A stretch of DNA of 64,000 bases, taken from Trypanosoma brucei. Lineage: Eukaryota. How positions within the stretch are numbered: position 1 is the stretch's first letter; each line of letters opens with the position of its first letter. This document shows, piece after piece, positions 24,881 to 37,464 of the stretch. The notes below the pieces were generated by a model. It worked only from the letters and a program-made list of their open reading frames with translations. It did no database searches and was not told the origin of the DNA. The stretch covers positions 4,512,001 through 4,576,000 of the forward strand of contig CH464491.1 of NCBI GenBank assembly GCA_000002445.1, read 5' to 3'. A program made the position numbers and the translations under genes.

Positions 24881-26036
24881 TATCTAGCCAAGCTGCCCAA
24901 CAAACAAGACACGCGCCCATGGGCCGCTCTTGAAGCGGCCCTTGAAAGGGAAATAGGAGGCGTCTTAACAGCACTTCCAGGTACAGCAAAAGCAGCAATC
25001 AAAGCAACACAGCGCGCAGCTCACCTGCAAGAACGCTTAGCCGAATTTCTGTCAATCTTCGCAAACGCAGCCAAATCCGGCGTGCCGCAACATTGCTGCC
25101 TCTCAACAGGTTCAAACCATCAAACAGCAGTTGAAGGTATCACAGGCCTAAAAGGCTGCGTCCACAAACCTGGAAATAGCAGCGCCGTTCCGGAAGCGGT
25201 GACGACAATCACGGCAGCAACGTACAAAGACATACCGACTCAAACAGCTGACGGGAGAGATGCGATAGCTGCGGCGTCCAACCTAAACTGCAGCATAGCA
25301 CTGGGGACAGAAGATGGATCTCTGGGAGCCGGCATACCTAAAAACGGAAACAACAGCAAGAGCCACGAGCCTTTCACTGCAGCTTATCTCAAGGTAGCCG
25401 CCAATGCAATAACAGCAGTTAACCCCAACAACAGCATCAAGCTACGCTAAGCCAAGTGAATTCATGGTAATTTAGGTAGCAGAACTCAAAAAGCAGTGAG
25501 TTTACTGCTTCAATCCAAAGCCGAACACGACGACCACACAGAAAAGTTGGTAAAAGACAAATAAAAAAGAGGAACGAAATTCGAAACAGATTTCTGGGGC
25601 AAGGTGCTAAACGAGCAGGTAACAAAGCAAACGGCAGACGGACAAAGCAACCGCATGCTAGGACAGATGAACGACATCACTGAGCTGCAACTTACTCTAA
25701 CGTATTATGAGAGCCTTAACGGCGCGGAACATAAAGATAATTAAGGAGCTGCAGGAAGAAAGCAAAGCAAATAAAGAAAGTTCAGCAACCACAAAGATTA
25801 GTGAAACAGATGAAACTTGCGCGACCAAAGGAGTAGATAATGTGAAAACCCCTGCAAGTTGGTTGACGAAGAAGGTGGAAAAAAGAAGTGCAAATTGGAT
25901 AAAGAAGCGGCAAAACAAGCAGCCCAGGCAAGAGAGAAAGATAGTAAAACCGGACCCACAAACACCACAGGAAGCAATTCTTTTGTCATCAACAAGGCCC
26001 CTCTTTTGCTTGTATTTTTGATTCTAGCATAAAACT
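24881..26036 (+). pseudogene. VSG: VSG (F'), near-identical duplicate of VSG F from its codon ~77 onward; 5' end lies in the gap
   Basis: Positions 24881.. match 19417.. almost base for base. One difference is SSKLR>SIKLR at 25436. ORF 25082..25450 equals the tail of ORF 19190..19987, and ORF 25707..26021 equals ORF 20244..20558. Confidence 0.75.
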
Positions 26037-26110
26037 TTTAAAAATTATTGGTAAAGGATTTTTTGCTAAATTTTAATAAATATATTAAATTAGTTTTTTT
26101 TGAGGGAATT

Positions 26111-26126
26111 AGATATATTTTAACAC
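26111..26126 (+). promoter_or_regulatory. VSG 3'UTR 16-mer (duplicate of 20648-20663)
   Basis: agatatattttaacac. Confidence 0.65.
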
Positions 26127-26330
26127 TTTTTGATGAAAATGTGAAAATTAGTGAGAATTTTCGAAACTTGAAAATTATGAAAATTTTAGTAAAATGTGTA
26201 TGACAGTGTCCCAGGTGTGTGAAGGTAAAGAAATATAAGGAATGAAGAATGAATACTATTCTCATTGGATTATTTTGTTTATTTTTTGTGTTTTATGGAT
26301 GTTTGTTAGGCTTTAATAACGATAACTACA

Positions 26331-26378
26331 AGATAGTATTGTGAGTGTGTATATACTAATATTATGGGAACTATGGTG
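26331..26378 (+). repeat. 70-bp repeat element (duplicate of 20868-20915)
   Basis: gatagtattgtgagtgtgtatatactaatattatgggaac. Confidence 0.5.
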
Positions 26379-27504
26379 CTGAAGACAGATGGACGGGCTA
26401 AGTGCAAGCATCTATATCAGTTACAGAGCGCAATGTAAGTAAGTAATTGAGTAACAAAGAATGGAGAAGAGAAAAGGATAAAAAATGTTAGAAAAGAAAA
26501 CAAAAAGTGTTAGAAGGATTTGATGCACTGTTTAGTAAAAGTCTATAGGACGATATCATCATACGGGGAAATGGTTAAGAACAATGAGACAAGAAGTCTA
26601 CTAATCGATATAAATAGAAATACTTCGGAATTCACAGCAGTAATAGGTACAAAAGCCGCTGTCGAAAGAACAGGTAAAAGAAGTAACTAAATGATAAGAA
26701 ACCGCGGATGGACGCGCAAAGAAGAATTTTTTTAGTACAGAAAGATTCAAATGACAATCCGCCTCACTCTCACTAAATCAATAAAAAACTGTTGAACCCA
26801 TTTAAAGAGCGAGCAATTCACAGACGTATACACACTAATACGGTATTGATAGAGCGTATCAAACACTTCACAGCGAAAAGTGCATTTGGGACTGAAAATG
26901 AACAACGTGAGACGAAAGAGACAGATATTTACATGATAAGGACAAAAATAAGTTGAAGCTGTGAGTATGGTAGAAACGCTGGCTTAATATTGTTATTTAA
27001 TAAGTACACACACAACAGAAGTTAACCTCTAATATAAGCACAAAATACAATAATAAATATAAAAATTTTTGACAGAGATTAGACTTCTATAAATTATATC
27101 TTTAAGTAGATAATTCTTTTACTTGACTGAGTGATTTTTAAGCAACAATAACTGACTGGCAAACAGCACTCATACAAAACTTTTGTACGTCCACTCAGAC
27201 ATGAAAAAATATTTCTAGCTTTATTTTATTTAGAAGTTTGTTACTTTCCACTTTCACTGGTATTATAACGCGACACATCAAATGATTCATTTAAAAATAA
27301 CACTCGTTATTATTTTTGGCAGGAAAATCTAAGTAAAAAAGCAAAAATGGGACAGAGAATTAAGGGATCTGTGTTTTATTTACAAACTTATTACTAAGTC
27401 CGGTGCTTGGCCCAAAATGTATACCCAAACCGGCATACAGACTGCAAGGACATACTTTTATTTGAGAACCACATTTTAACGGTAAGGACCAAAGAAGCTC
27501 TTTC

Positions 27505-29095
27505 ATGGCGGCAGCCAAAGGAAGGATCTTAACTCTCTTAGCGACGCTGCCGCTTTTAAATGGAGCCCTTACAGCCTTAGCAGCTGTAGCGGAAGACAGC
27601 AACCAGCCAGAACGAAGGGCTTTGTGCGCTATAATAGAGCTCGGTGGCGAAAGATCAAAGCTTCTAGACCAGGCACCAGGAGGAACTTCAGACTTGGATG
27701 AGTTGCTATCGTTAAACATGACGCTCGCGGAAGACACATGGCTGCAACACTTCAGGGACGCAACAGACCCGACTAAGCCACGAGACACAACCAAACAAGC
27801 GCTACCCCCGAATACGAATTGGGATAAGCGCTGGGCAGACTGGAAGAAAGCCGCCGACCCTCTGTTGGACAAAGGAAAGATCACGGAAAAACTAAAACAC
27901 TTTAAGCTAGACAAGTTAAACGATGAACAAAAACATGCCGTCCGGCAGAACGTAGCTAAACTGGCGGAAGAACCCTACACGGAGGCGAAGCAAGAGGAGG
28001 AGGACCATCCGACAGCCGATATCCTAACAGAAGAAGACCTGCACAAAGAACTAAACACAGCAATTTACGGAACCCAAACGGAGCCTGCTGACACTTTCGA
28101 TAATTATAAAACGTTCGGCGACACCGCGGGCGCAACCAGGGAAGCAAACTGCGGAACTAACACGCAAGCGAGCAAGGCAGAAACGGCGTTCGCCGCATTC
28201 GTCTGCGTATGTGCCAAAGACAACACACACGCCGGCGACGAAGCAAAAGCCTGTGCAGCTTCTGTAGATCTGACCAACAACTGGGATCCGGGCACCAACA
28301 ATAACCCATTGCCAGCCACGTTAGCACAATTAAGGAAGCTGTGCAATATGAAGGCTGAAACGACGCTAACAGCATCAGAGCTGCAAAGAAGGATCGCGGA
28401 AATCACAGGATTACTCCGTCACACAACACAAGCAACGCACCTCGGAACTTTCCTAACTACAGACTGCAGCGGAGCCGCAGCCAACGGGATGTGTGTCACA
28501 TACAAGGGCATACACAACAACGCAGCAGACCCCAAGAAAGCAATAACCTGGATAGCTCAACTAGATGCCACGGCGAAAAAAATACACAAACACGAACAGG
28601 CGGTCCAAACTAGGAAGAGGCTAGCTCAGCAACTAGCAGTAAAAAAGAAGCTTGCTACGGACGTAGACCACCTAACAAGAACAATAGAAACGCCGCAGCG
28701 ACGGTCCGAACTGCAACAGCAAGCGGAAGAACAAAAAACCAAAAACCAAGCAATAGCACAATCAACCTGCGACCCACAAAGAAAAGTAAAAATAAATGCG
28801 AAAATACAGGTAAATGCAAATGGAAAGGTGAGGATGAGAGCAAACGAAAGTGCGAAGTTAAAGATGGTGGAGAGCAGAACAGCTAAGGAACAGATAGAGA
28901 TGCAGGAACAACTGTAAACTGTAGAAAGTATAAGGGCTAGGAGAGTTGCAAAAACGCGCCTGGAGAAAAAAGCCATGTAAAATGCCGTCTGTGGCTGGAT
29001 TGATTTCATTGAAAGACAAGGCAAAGTAAAACCGGCATGCATGGATTCCAGTTTTCTCTCCAATCAGAAATTGGCTCTGATGGCCGCTGCTTTTG
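27505..29095 (+). pseudogene. VSG: VSG (H): intact signal peptide and ~400-aa N-domain; C-domain and GPI signal scrambled over 3 frames
   Basis: ORF 27505..28917 (470 aa) begins MAAAKGRILTLLATLPLLNGALTALAAVAEDSNQ and carries ...FAAFVCVCAKDNTHAGDEAKACAAS.... After ~28790 the real C-domain (CENTGKCKWKGEDESKRKCEVKDGGEQNS* and later ...DSSFLSNQKLALMAAAFV...) lies in other frames. Confidence 0.7.
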
Positions 29096-29166
29096 TAGAT
29101 TCGTATTATTTTTGCATTCTAAAATTTTAATTATTATTGCTCAAGTTTATGAAACTTGCTGAAATT

Positions 29167-29182
29167 TGATATATTTTAATAT
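29167..29182 (+). promoter_or_regulatory. VSG 3'UTR 16-mer variant (TGATATATTTTAATAT, 14/16)
   Basis: tgatatattttaatat, downstream of the VSG H GPI-signal remnant. Confidence 0.5.
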
Positions 29183-29269
29183 TTTTGTATATCCTTTAAA
29201 ATATTTGAGAATCTAAAATGGTTGTATGACTTTAGCCCATAGGTGGATATAACAATGGTTATAGAGCAT

Positions 29270-29700
<431 letters not shown>

Positions 29701-31425
29701 ACCCTCTATAAGATGCACTTGAAACAATGTACAAGGGTGTAATGGCAGTAAGGTGGTAATACAGTGAGGAAGAAAGTGTAATATTATTAGGTGAAACGCC
29801 GAAATACAAAGAGGGATATGATGAAGGAGATAGAATATGTACAGTTACATGCACAAAAATGATGATGAGCATCATCATACACAATGAGATTAAGGAGTGA
29901 CAGAGTGGAATGTATACATGCCATATGGAGCGGTGATGTTATCCCAAGGTGTGTGAAAGAAAACGGAAGTCAAGGAAAGAAAAAACTAAATAAAAAGACA
30001 GTAGACATGAGAGTCCAGAACTAAGAAGATAATACATGAGGATGAACCTATGATGGCCAACATTTCACACAGAAGTGGATAGATGTTGCTGCAAAAATTG
30101 TGTTGAATGGAAATTTAAGCTGATGTCAGATCCTAATGTACGGTTGTGAAGAAAATTCAATAAATGGAGAAGGAGAAAGAGAATAGGTAAGTGTCAGGTA
30201 AATTTGAAGAAATGTTTTCATCAGATATACTAGTACACAATAAAAGTTGTGGAAAACAATATAATTCTATCGGAAAGAAGAATGTTGAAACCAGTAATTC
30301 TAATCGATTACCATTGAAAAACAAAAAAGTAGAATAAAGACGCGGAAAATGATTAAATTAGCACATGTATGAATCTTCTGGAAAGGGTTGTGAAGTAGAT
30401 ATAGTTGGTATAAAAACTACACTACTTCCATGCTGGTACAGGTCCAAAGATTAACCTGCATAAAATGTTTGTTCGCTAAATATTAAGTTCAAACTGAACC
30501 CATTTAATAACTAGAATAAAGGTTTCGAAGAAGCCAAGGTAGTTGTAAAATTGACCATAATACAACTTGCACAATCAGCCTCGAAACAGTCGTTGTTCGA
30601 AGGAATCCTAGCCTGGACGAACCGCCGGGGACTATGCGCAGACGTTACATTGTAAATGAATTGGCAAGTAACAAGCCAAATTTAAGGACAAATAGACTAC
30701 AGTAGCAACCATAATATTTGAATAACCAAGTTTATATATAAGAATCAGGTTTTATAGCAGAAAAGAATTAGACTTAATCAGCAATAGAAGCAATAGATAT
30801 AGATGCTGAGTGACACACATTGCAATGGAAATTAGCAAAATTGCTATTAAACTGCGTGTTTCTAACAGAAGTCTCGACCGTGGAGGCACCCTCAACGTAG
30901 CTATCAAATTGTCAAGACTGAATCCTTGAGAAATGAAATGGGTGACCGAAAAGGGAAGGTTAAACAGAATCAGAGAAGAATTTTAAAAACTGACGATCAA
31001 AGATTAACAAAATTTTCTATCGAAAATTTCTTCTTTAGAAGAAAAGCAATGGCAGTAGCTAGTAAAGTTAGACAAAAAACATACAACATACAACGACAAC
31101 AAACGAAACTAAAATTTAAACTGACAAGAAAAAGGCAAAGATGCACAGGGCAGGTAGAGGTCAGTTTTCCCGACAATAGATTGAGTCAAATATCCAAGAT
31201 GCAGTACCCAGGAAGCGACACACTCAGCCAGCAAACAAGACCTGAAAAAGTGGCTCCACGAACATATCAGGTGCCTCCGAAAAAGCGTTGGATGTCTGCC
31301 CTACATTTTGGTTCACAGTGGAAATCTGTTTTTTTTTTACGGAAAATGCGGAGAAAACATCGACACTTGGACTAAATCCATAGTTCATTTATTAATTCAT
31401 TTACCATCCAGGTGAAGCTTAACCG

Positions 31426-32943
31426 ATGACCGGCAGAAAAGTCTCTATCACCAGCAAAAGTCTGTTGGCCGCCGTTGCAGCACTACTAACGCTAGTGTAT
31501 GCAACAAAGCCAGCATCAACAGCGGCCATAACCGATGCTGACACCGGCCCAGCACAGATAACAGACGTCTGCAAGGAAGAGTTTTATTTGTCTGAGCTGC
31601 GAAAAGAACTCGCGGCAGGAATCACCAGGCGGCGAACACAGAGACAGGGACTACTGAAGATACAGAAAAAGTACAGGCTGGCAGCGGACTTAGCAAGCAG
31701 CACAGAACAGCGTTGCCTTTACTCCGCTTTAGCTGCCAAGCTTGAGGAAAAAGCGGAGTCAGTACAACAGCAGGCCGACAAAGCCGACGACACAGCCACC
31801 ACAGCAATGGAGCTGATCGACGAACATGTAGGCAAACTCAAGTACGCACAGAAACTACTCAAAACAAAGCCAACCGTAGACGGCAGCGGCTACAGCCGAG
31901 CAAGCAGCGGGGGCAATATCCACCTAGAGTTAACACGGGAGACAATCGCCAGCGGCGGCTGCGCAGCAATTGACAGCTGGGCCAAATTCAGCAACACTCA
32001 CACGGCCATCAACACTGCGAAGTTAACTGAGATTAAAATAACACCGGACACCGAGCTCACCACAAAAATATTCAAAGACAAAATAACCATTGGCGGGTTC
32101 AGTACATGCACAGGATCCGCAGTAGCAAAAACACCGACGTTCTCGAGTGTCCTAAACACCTGCACCGTATCAAACAGTGAAACAGTAACCTATGCACGTA
32201 ACGCCCCAGACTACATATACGGAGGGACAGCACAAGCGGTCTACAAAGATCATGACCCTGACCAAGGCTGCAAAGACGCGGCAGCGGCGGCCGAGCCCGG
32301 CGCAACGGATGACATCAAACTCCGCTATGCAGTATGCGAAGCGCTCAAAATTATACAAACAGACGGGGGCAAGGTGCCACCCTTAAATGGCAAAGCACTG
32401 AAAGGCGACAAACTAGTAACAAATATACTAAGAAACTGCCTACCTGCATACCAAGCAGTAAGTAAGCCGTTGGACTCAGTCGAAGCGAAGAATTTAAACG
32501 ATTTTATAGAATCAGCATATGGTGCAGACGACGGAAAATTCAAAGAGATTTTCGATACCCCACTCGACTCACGACAGATAACCGTCAAACTGAATGACAA
32601 AAGCGAAGACAAAGCACTAACTGCACTATCTACAGCTAGCGAACGCAACGCAGCGACTAGCCATAGCGCTGGCCAGCGGAACAAAAAAGAAATTGAAACA
32701 TCAAAGAAACAACCAGCCGGTGCACCAGTTGCTTCCAAAGAATCAGAAGAAAAATGCAAGGACAAAACACAAAAAGAGTGCAAAGAGGAAGATGGGTGCG
32801 TATTCAAGGGGGGAAAGTGCGAAGCTAAAGTAACCACAACAACAGGGACAGATGGGAAAACAAACACCACAGGAAGCAATTCATTTGTCATTAAGAAGGT
32901 GCATCTTTTGCTTGCATTCTCCCTCGCATTATTAAATTTCTAA
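31426..32943 (+). CDS. VSG: VSG (J), apparently intact, 505 aa
   Basis: A single ORF with a signal peptide (MTGRKVSITSKSLLAAVAALLTLVYA) and an N-domain. Its C-domain reads ...CKDKTQKECKEEDGCVFKGGKCEAKVTTTTGTDGKTNTTGSNSFVIKKVHLLLAFSLALLNF*. Confidence 0.8.
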   Translation: MTGRKVSITSKSLLAAVAALLTLVYATKPASTAAITDADTGPAQITDVCKEEFYLSELRKELAAGITRRRTQRQGLLKIQKKYRLAADLASSTEQRCLYSALAAKLEEKAESVQQQADKADDTATTAMELIDEHVGKLKYAQKLLKTKPTVDGSGYSRASSGGNIHLELTRETIASGGCAAIDSWAKFSNTHTAINTAKLTEIKITPDTELTTKIFKDKITIGGFSTCTGSAVAKTPTFSSVLNTCTVSNSETVTYARNAPDYIYGGTAQAVYKDHDPDQGCKDAAAAAEPGATDDIKLRYAVCEALKIIQTDGGKVPPLNGKALKGDKLVTNILRNCLPAYQAVSKPLDSVEAKNLNDFIESAYGADDGKFKEIFDTPLDSRQITVKLNDKSEDKALTALSTASERNAATSHSAGQRNKKEIETSKKQPAGAPVASKESEEKCKDKTQKECKEEDGCVFKGGKCEAKVTTTTGTDGKTNTTGSNSFVIKKVHLLLAFSLALLNF

Positions 32944-33016
32944 AAGATTATGCTCAATTTTATGAAAATTATGAAACTTTATATTGTGAGAGAATTTGAT
33001 AAGATTTGATATCATT

Positions 33017-33032
33017 TGATATATCATAACTC
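33017..33032 (+). promoter_or_regulatory. Divergent 16-mer-like element (TGATATATCATAACTC, 13/16)
   Basis: It sits ~75 nt after the VSG J stop. No closer match to the canonical 16-mer is visible in this 3'UTR. Confidence 0.3.
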
Positions 33033-33199
33033 TTTTTGATTAAAATTTGTAAACTGTTCAAGCATTCAAATATTTTGAAAACGTAAAAATTTAGCAAAAT
33101 TTATATGAAAGCAACTTACCAGTGTAAAGCAGTAGAGTGATAGGGTATGAAAAATTATTGATATTCTCATTTGGTTTATTTGTTTATTTTATTAATATT

Positions 33200-33290
33200 G
33201 TTTTATGATGATGGTAATAATAACAATAATAATAAGAATGTGTTGTGAGTGTGTTTATAATAATATTATTCTAAGAGTCGTGGTGAAGAC
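33200..33290 (+). repeat. 70-bp repeat element (plus orientation)
   Basis: gatggtaataataacaataataataagaatgtgttgtgagtgtgtttataataatattattctaagag. Confidence 0.6.
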
Positions 33291-34194
33291 TGAATTGATG
33301 AACAAAACACAAGCACTTACAGAAATGACAAGGACGAAATGAGAGTAAGTAAGTTGGTATGAGAGTGTGTGAGGGCACGAGTAATATTATTATTAAAGGG
33401 AAGCAGAAACATAGAGAGGAAAAAGGAGATCGAATGTACGCAGCTTAAGACACAGATATGATAATAGTCATTATCATACACAAGAAGGCAATGAAGGGGC
33501 ATCATGTATAAACCAGAATGCAGTGTACAGAAAAAAAAAGGACTCTCCACCTTATCTTAAGTGAAAGAAGTAGAAATAAAAGTAAAAAATGGAACGAAAA
33601 TAACAGTATGTAATGAAAGAATATGCGACAACGCAGCGGACCACAAAAGGAAATGATGCGTCATTATGAGAAGTAGTAGCTCGTTCTGACCCTATAGTAC
33701 TCAAAAATGAAGATATAATACTGCAAAAATGATAATAGAGACGGTGTTCTTTTTCTTGATGGAGGGACCCTATGTTAGAAACTAAGGTCATGTGACAATA
33801 CTGATTAATAGAATAAATAATATTTATTTGGGATAAGAAGTGGTTGAATTCCAAAAAGGAGTTGAAATGGAGGATTTTTGAAATTAACCTTTTAGTTACA
33901 TAAAAAATAATATATTTCAAACATAGACCTATATGCATGATAGGTTGTAGCTAGCTGTAGCGAAAACTAAGGCGTAGTCAGTGCCGACGAACAACAGCAA
34001 ACCGAAAATCCGAACACGACATAACGGTTTAGAGGCTGTCTGCGGCAAAGAAGCGCAGCCGATGCACAAAGACCATAGTGGTCAGCCGAGAAATGCTATA
34101 GTTAAAAAACCAACATAAGTAGCAACTTAAAATCGACCTAGCCATTTACAAACAAAGATCCCTAAACAAAGCAAAGCACACGTAAGTAAGCGCA

Positions 34195-35627
34195 ATGCGG
34201 TGGATCGGCATTTCCCTCGTCTTTGTCATAATGGCAACAGCAGATTTCGGCGGCTCAACAACGGGGGACGCAGCCCAAGACAAACTTCATACAGCATGCC
34301 AGGAGGTGGTATTCACCGCAGAAGTGGCACATACCTACGAAGAAAGAGCAGTTTAGGCGGAAAGTGCTTATCGGCAAATCGTGAAGCAGGCACTAATTTG
34401 GAACTTAGAGGCACAAACAGAAATAAAACACGAAAGAAGCGTCTTACTAGCAGCACTTTCTGCATCAGCGACGGCACTCGCCTCCGAATCAGAGAAAAAA
34501 GGAAAAGAAAAAGCCGCTAAGCTCAGACAGGCGGCGCAGGCGTTCGCACAGCGAGCGGAGGCTTTGCAAACAGCGTATAAAATGGCTGCACAACTTACGC
34601 AGCAAACAGCAACCCTTTCACAGCTCCAGCGAACACCGGCTACACGATAACGAGCGGCGCTACACAAGAAGGACAAAGTGCTTGTGACGACGATGCGAAA
34701 AAAGTCGACGGCAAGCAGCCGCAGCCAAAAGCGTTCGGGACCACCGCCCTAAAGAAACTAAAGCTGACGAAAGCCTCCGAGCTGCACACGCTGCTAAAAA
34801 AGGCATCCGTCAGCGTAACAGCAGCTGGCAACAACTGCGCCAGAGCCGATTCGGCGACGAACAGCATAACGTCATGCACCGGAAACATAGGTGCCGGTAC
34901 TGCGTTTAAACTGGCTGCGCAGAAGGAACCGCAACCACCCGAGACCAGCATCTTCGACAGCGATGACCGCCAAAAGGGTTGCGCAGAAAAGCTTGCAAGT
35001 GAAGACGACAAAAAAGACACAACAAAAGTTTTTCTGAACACGATCTGCTTGGCGGAACTACATACAACCAAGGACCTGCCCAAACTAGCCGACATCATTC
35101 CAAGCTCGCTGGCAGCAGACGACAGTGTGATAGCAGCAATCCGAAACGCCGATACAGCGTTCAGTAACATCAAAGACGTCAGCGATGGCACGAAAGACAG
35201 CGAGTTAGTAAAATATGTAACCAAGACCTACGGTCAAACCCCTGAAAAATTCACAGATGAGTTTATCACAAAGATGAACAAGCAACCTTTAAAGTATAGA
35301 GCCTCTAAAGAGATGACAACCAGTACCCTTGAGGAATTAGCAACAAAAAAAGAAGCAGGAACAGCAATCAGTTTTTATCATGCACAGCAACAAAGAAAGA
35401 GAACAGAAGAAGATTCAACTAAGGAAAAAGAAGCAACAGACAAAAAAGAAGAAAAGAAAGACGGGAATAGTAAAGCCAAAGTTGTAAATTGCACCAGTCA
35501 TGCCACTCACGATGGGTGCTCAAAGGGAAAGAATTGTAAATGAGAAAATAATGCTTGCAAAAATTCAAGTTTCCTTGTAAATTAATTTTTTCTATGATTG
35601 CTGCGGATTTTGTGGGACTTCTATTTT
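34195..35627 (+). pseudogene. VSG: VSG (I); early stop and multiple frameshifts
   Basis: The ATG at 34195 encodes MRWIGISLVFVIMATADFGG...ERAV*, a signal peptide followed by a stop. N-domain pieces are ORFs 34200..34520 and 34381..34650. The C-domain ORF 35049..35543 ends ...HDGCSKGKNCK*, and the GPI tail (IAADFVGLLF) is in another frame. Confidence 0.65.
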
Positions 35628-35874
35628 AAGAATTTTTGCTCCATTTCACAAAATTTACCATTAACAGAGAGTTACCTATATTTGGAAAAATATGATATAT
35701 TTGAAAAGCATTTAATTAAAATGCATAAACTACAGAAATTATTAAGAATTTTACGTATAACATTTTGTTATGAAAGTGGCATATTTTTTCAAAGTAATGG
35801 GCAAATAGGGTATGAAAATGAATCATATTATTAAACTGTCATAACTATGTTAACTAGTAATAGTACCCCTAGAG

Positions 35875-37023
35875 ATGCCGGCCACCTCAACGTGGTGCCA
35901 GGGTCCAGTACCCCGTATCATCTGGGGAAGCCAAGAGCCAGCAGCGTTCCCTTCATGGGGAACACTGCTGTGCTCCGGCTACGGCATCATACAGCACAGG
36001 GATCAGCAGCGTCTTGCTGGGACACCGTCTTTCATTTGTCGGTCCCTGGGCACGTGCCAGTGTGCCATCAGCAGTATCATCCGCACTAAGATGCTGCTGT
36101 CCGGTGATGTGGAAGAGAATCCCGGCCCGTCTTTGCGCGGGATGCAGTGGAACTGCGCCGGGCTATCTCAAGGAAAGAGATTAGCACTCCACAAAACCCT
36201 TGTTGATGAGCGGATCGCCTTTTGTCTGTTGAGCGAGACAAGGATGACGCCTGAAGAGGCGGCTTGCTTTAGCGTTGCTGGCTACCAACATCACGAAATA
36301 GCTCGTAACTGCAAAGGAGGTGGTGTATCAATACAAGTGAGGGAGGACCTGCCAGTCGAGACCGGTATGCCCGTTATTGGTCGCATTGAACAAGTGCATG
36401 CAACAATTCACCTTGCACGTGGAACGGCGCTGACTGTCACGTCGGCATACATCCCACCAAAACACACCTTCACGGCAACTGACCTAGATACGCTTCTGAC
36501 GACTGACGGTGCCCAGCTCATCGGTGCAGACGCTAACGCACACGCGTTGGCATGGGATCGCGCGAGCCCACCAAATACCAAGGGTGAAACCCTCACACAG
36601 TGGTGCATTGACAACCAGTTTCTGGTCTGCAACACTGATGAGTGCACCAGGTACGCGCGCCACCACGGGGAGTCCACCCCTGACGTGACACTGTCAAGGA
36701 ATTGCACAGTGTACACGTGGACATCGCTGTATTCTCCCGATAGCGATCACCATCACATATTTTTCGACGTTATCGTTGGAGACGACACAGATGCACTGAG
36801 TTGCCCGCGGCTTCGAAAGCCCATGTACGGATGGCTAAAAGCTAACTGGAGGAATTTCCGTCTCAAGGTTGACGAGCTCTGCAGGAAAATTGGTAGAAAG
36901 AAGAACGTCAACACCCTGAAACAGAAATTGAGCTCCGCCATCCGCATTGGACACCTGAGCTCGCGAAACTCGATGAAGAGATCGCTGGATGCGGACCCTC
37001 CCACCGAAGGAAAAAATTGGTAG
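35875..37023 (+). pseudogene. ingi ORF segment: 2A peptide (DVEENPGP at 36106-36129) plus APE endonuclease domain
   Basis: ...KMLLSGDVEENPGPSLRGMQWNCAGL...IAFCLLSETRMTPEE...SAYIPPKH... Confidence 0.75.
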
Positions 37024-37464
37024 CCACGCGTAAGCAAATCCTGGACCGTACCACAAAGAAGAGATGGAGCACGCTATGCTCCAGACTTGCGGTGTCGGAC
37101 CGCTGCAGTTGGCACATTGTCAAGAAGGTATATGCGCCACGACCACTAACCACACCGGCTGTACTTGTTGATAACGCGGCCATCACGGACTACCGTCAAG
37201 CTGAGAGGTTCAGTAAACTGTACTCGTCCCGCGCAAGAAGGCACCCCAACTCACACCCACCGGCACCAATAAAGACGATAGCGAGTGAGTTCAGTCCCAT
37301 CACGATGGCTGAACTACGGAGATCGATCAAACTGCTACCGAGTGGATCCGCAGCCGGACCTGATTGCTTATACAACGAGGCACTGAACATCTCGGTAAAA
37401 CAGCGCTGAATGTTGTTCTGAGGCTATTCAATGAGAGCCTACGAACGGGAGTCGTGCCGCCTGC

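Noticed and set aside
27360-27914. 184-aa ORF on the minus strand overlapping the start of VSG H, and similar antisense ORFs (34640..35224 -, 48052..48834 +, 58181..58591 +, 62184..62558 -)
   Set aside because: These are shadow ORFs antisense to VSG coding sequence, whose Ala/Thr/Lys-rich composition suppresses stops on the opposite strand. They have no independent signal.
30926-31375. 149-aa basic ORF upstream of VSG J
   Set aside because: No recognisable domain and no paralogue elsewhere in the window. It lies in the AT-rich cassette upstream region and is probably spurious.
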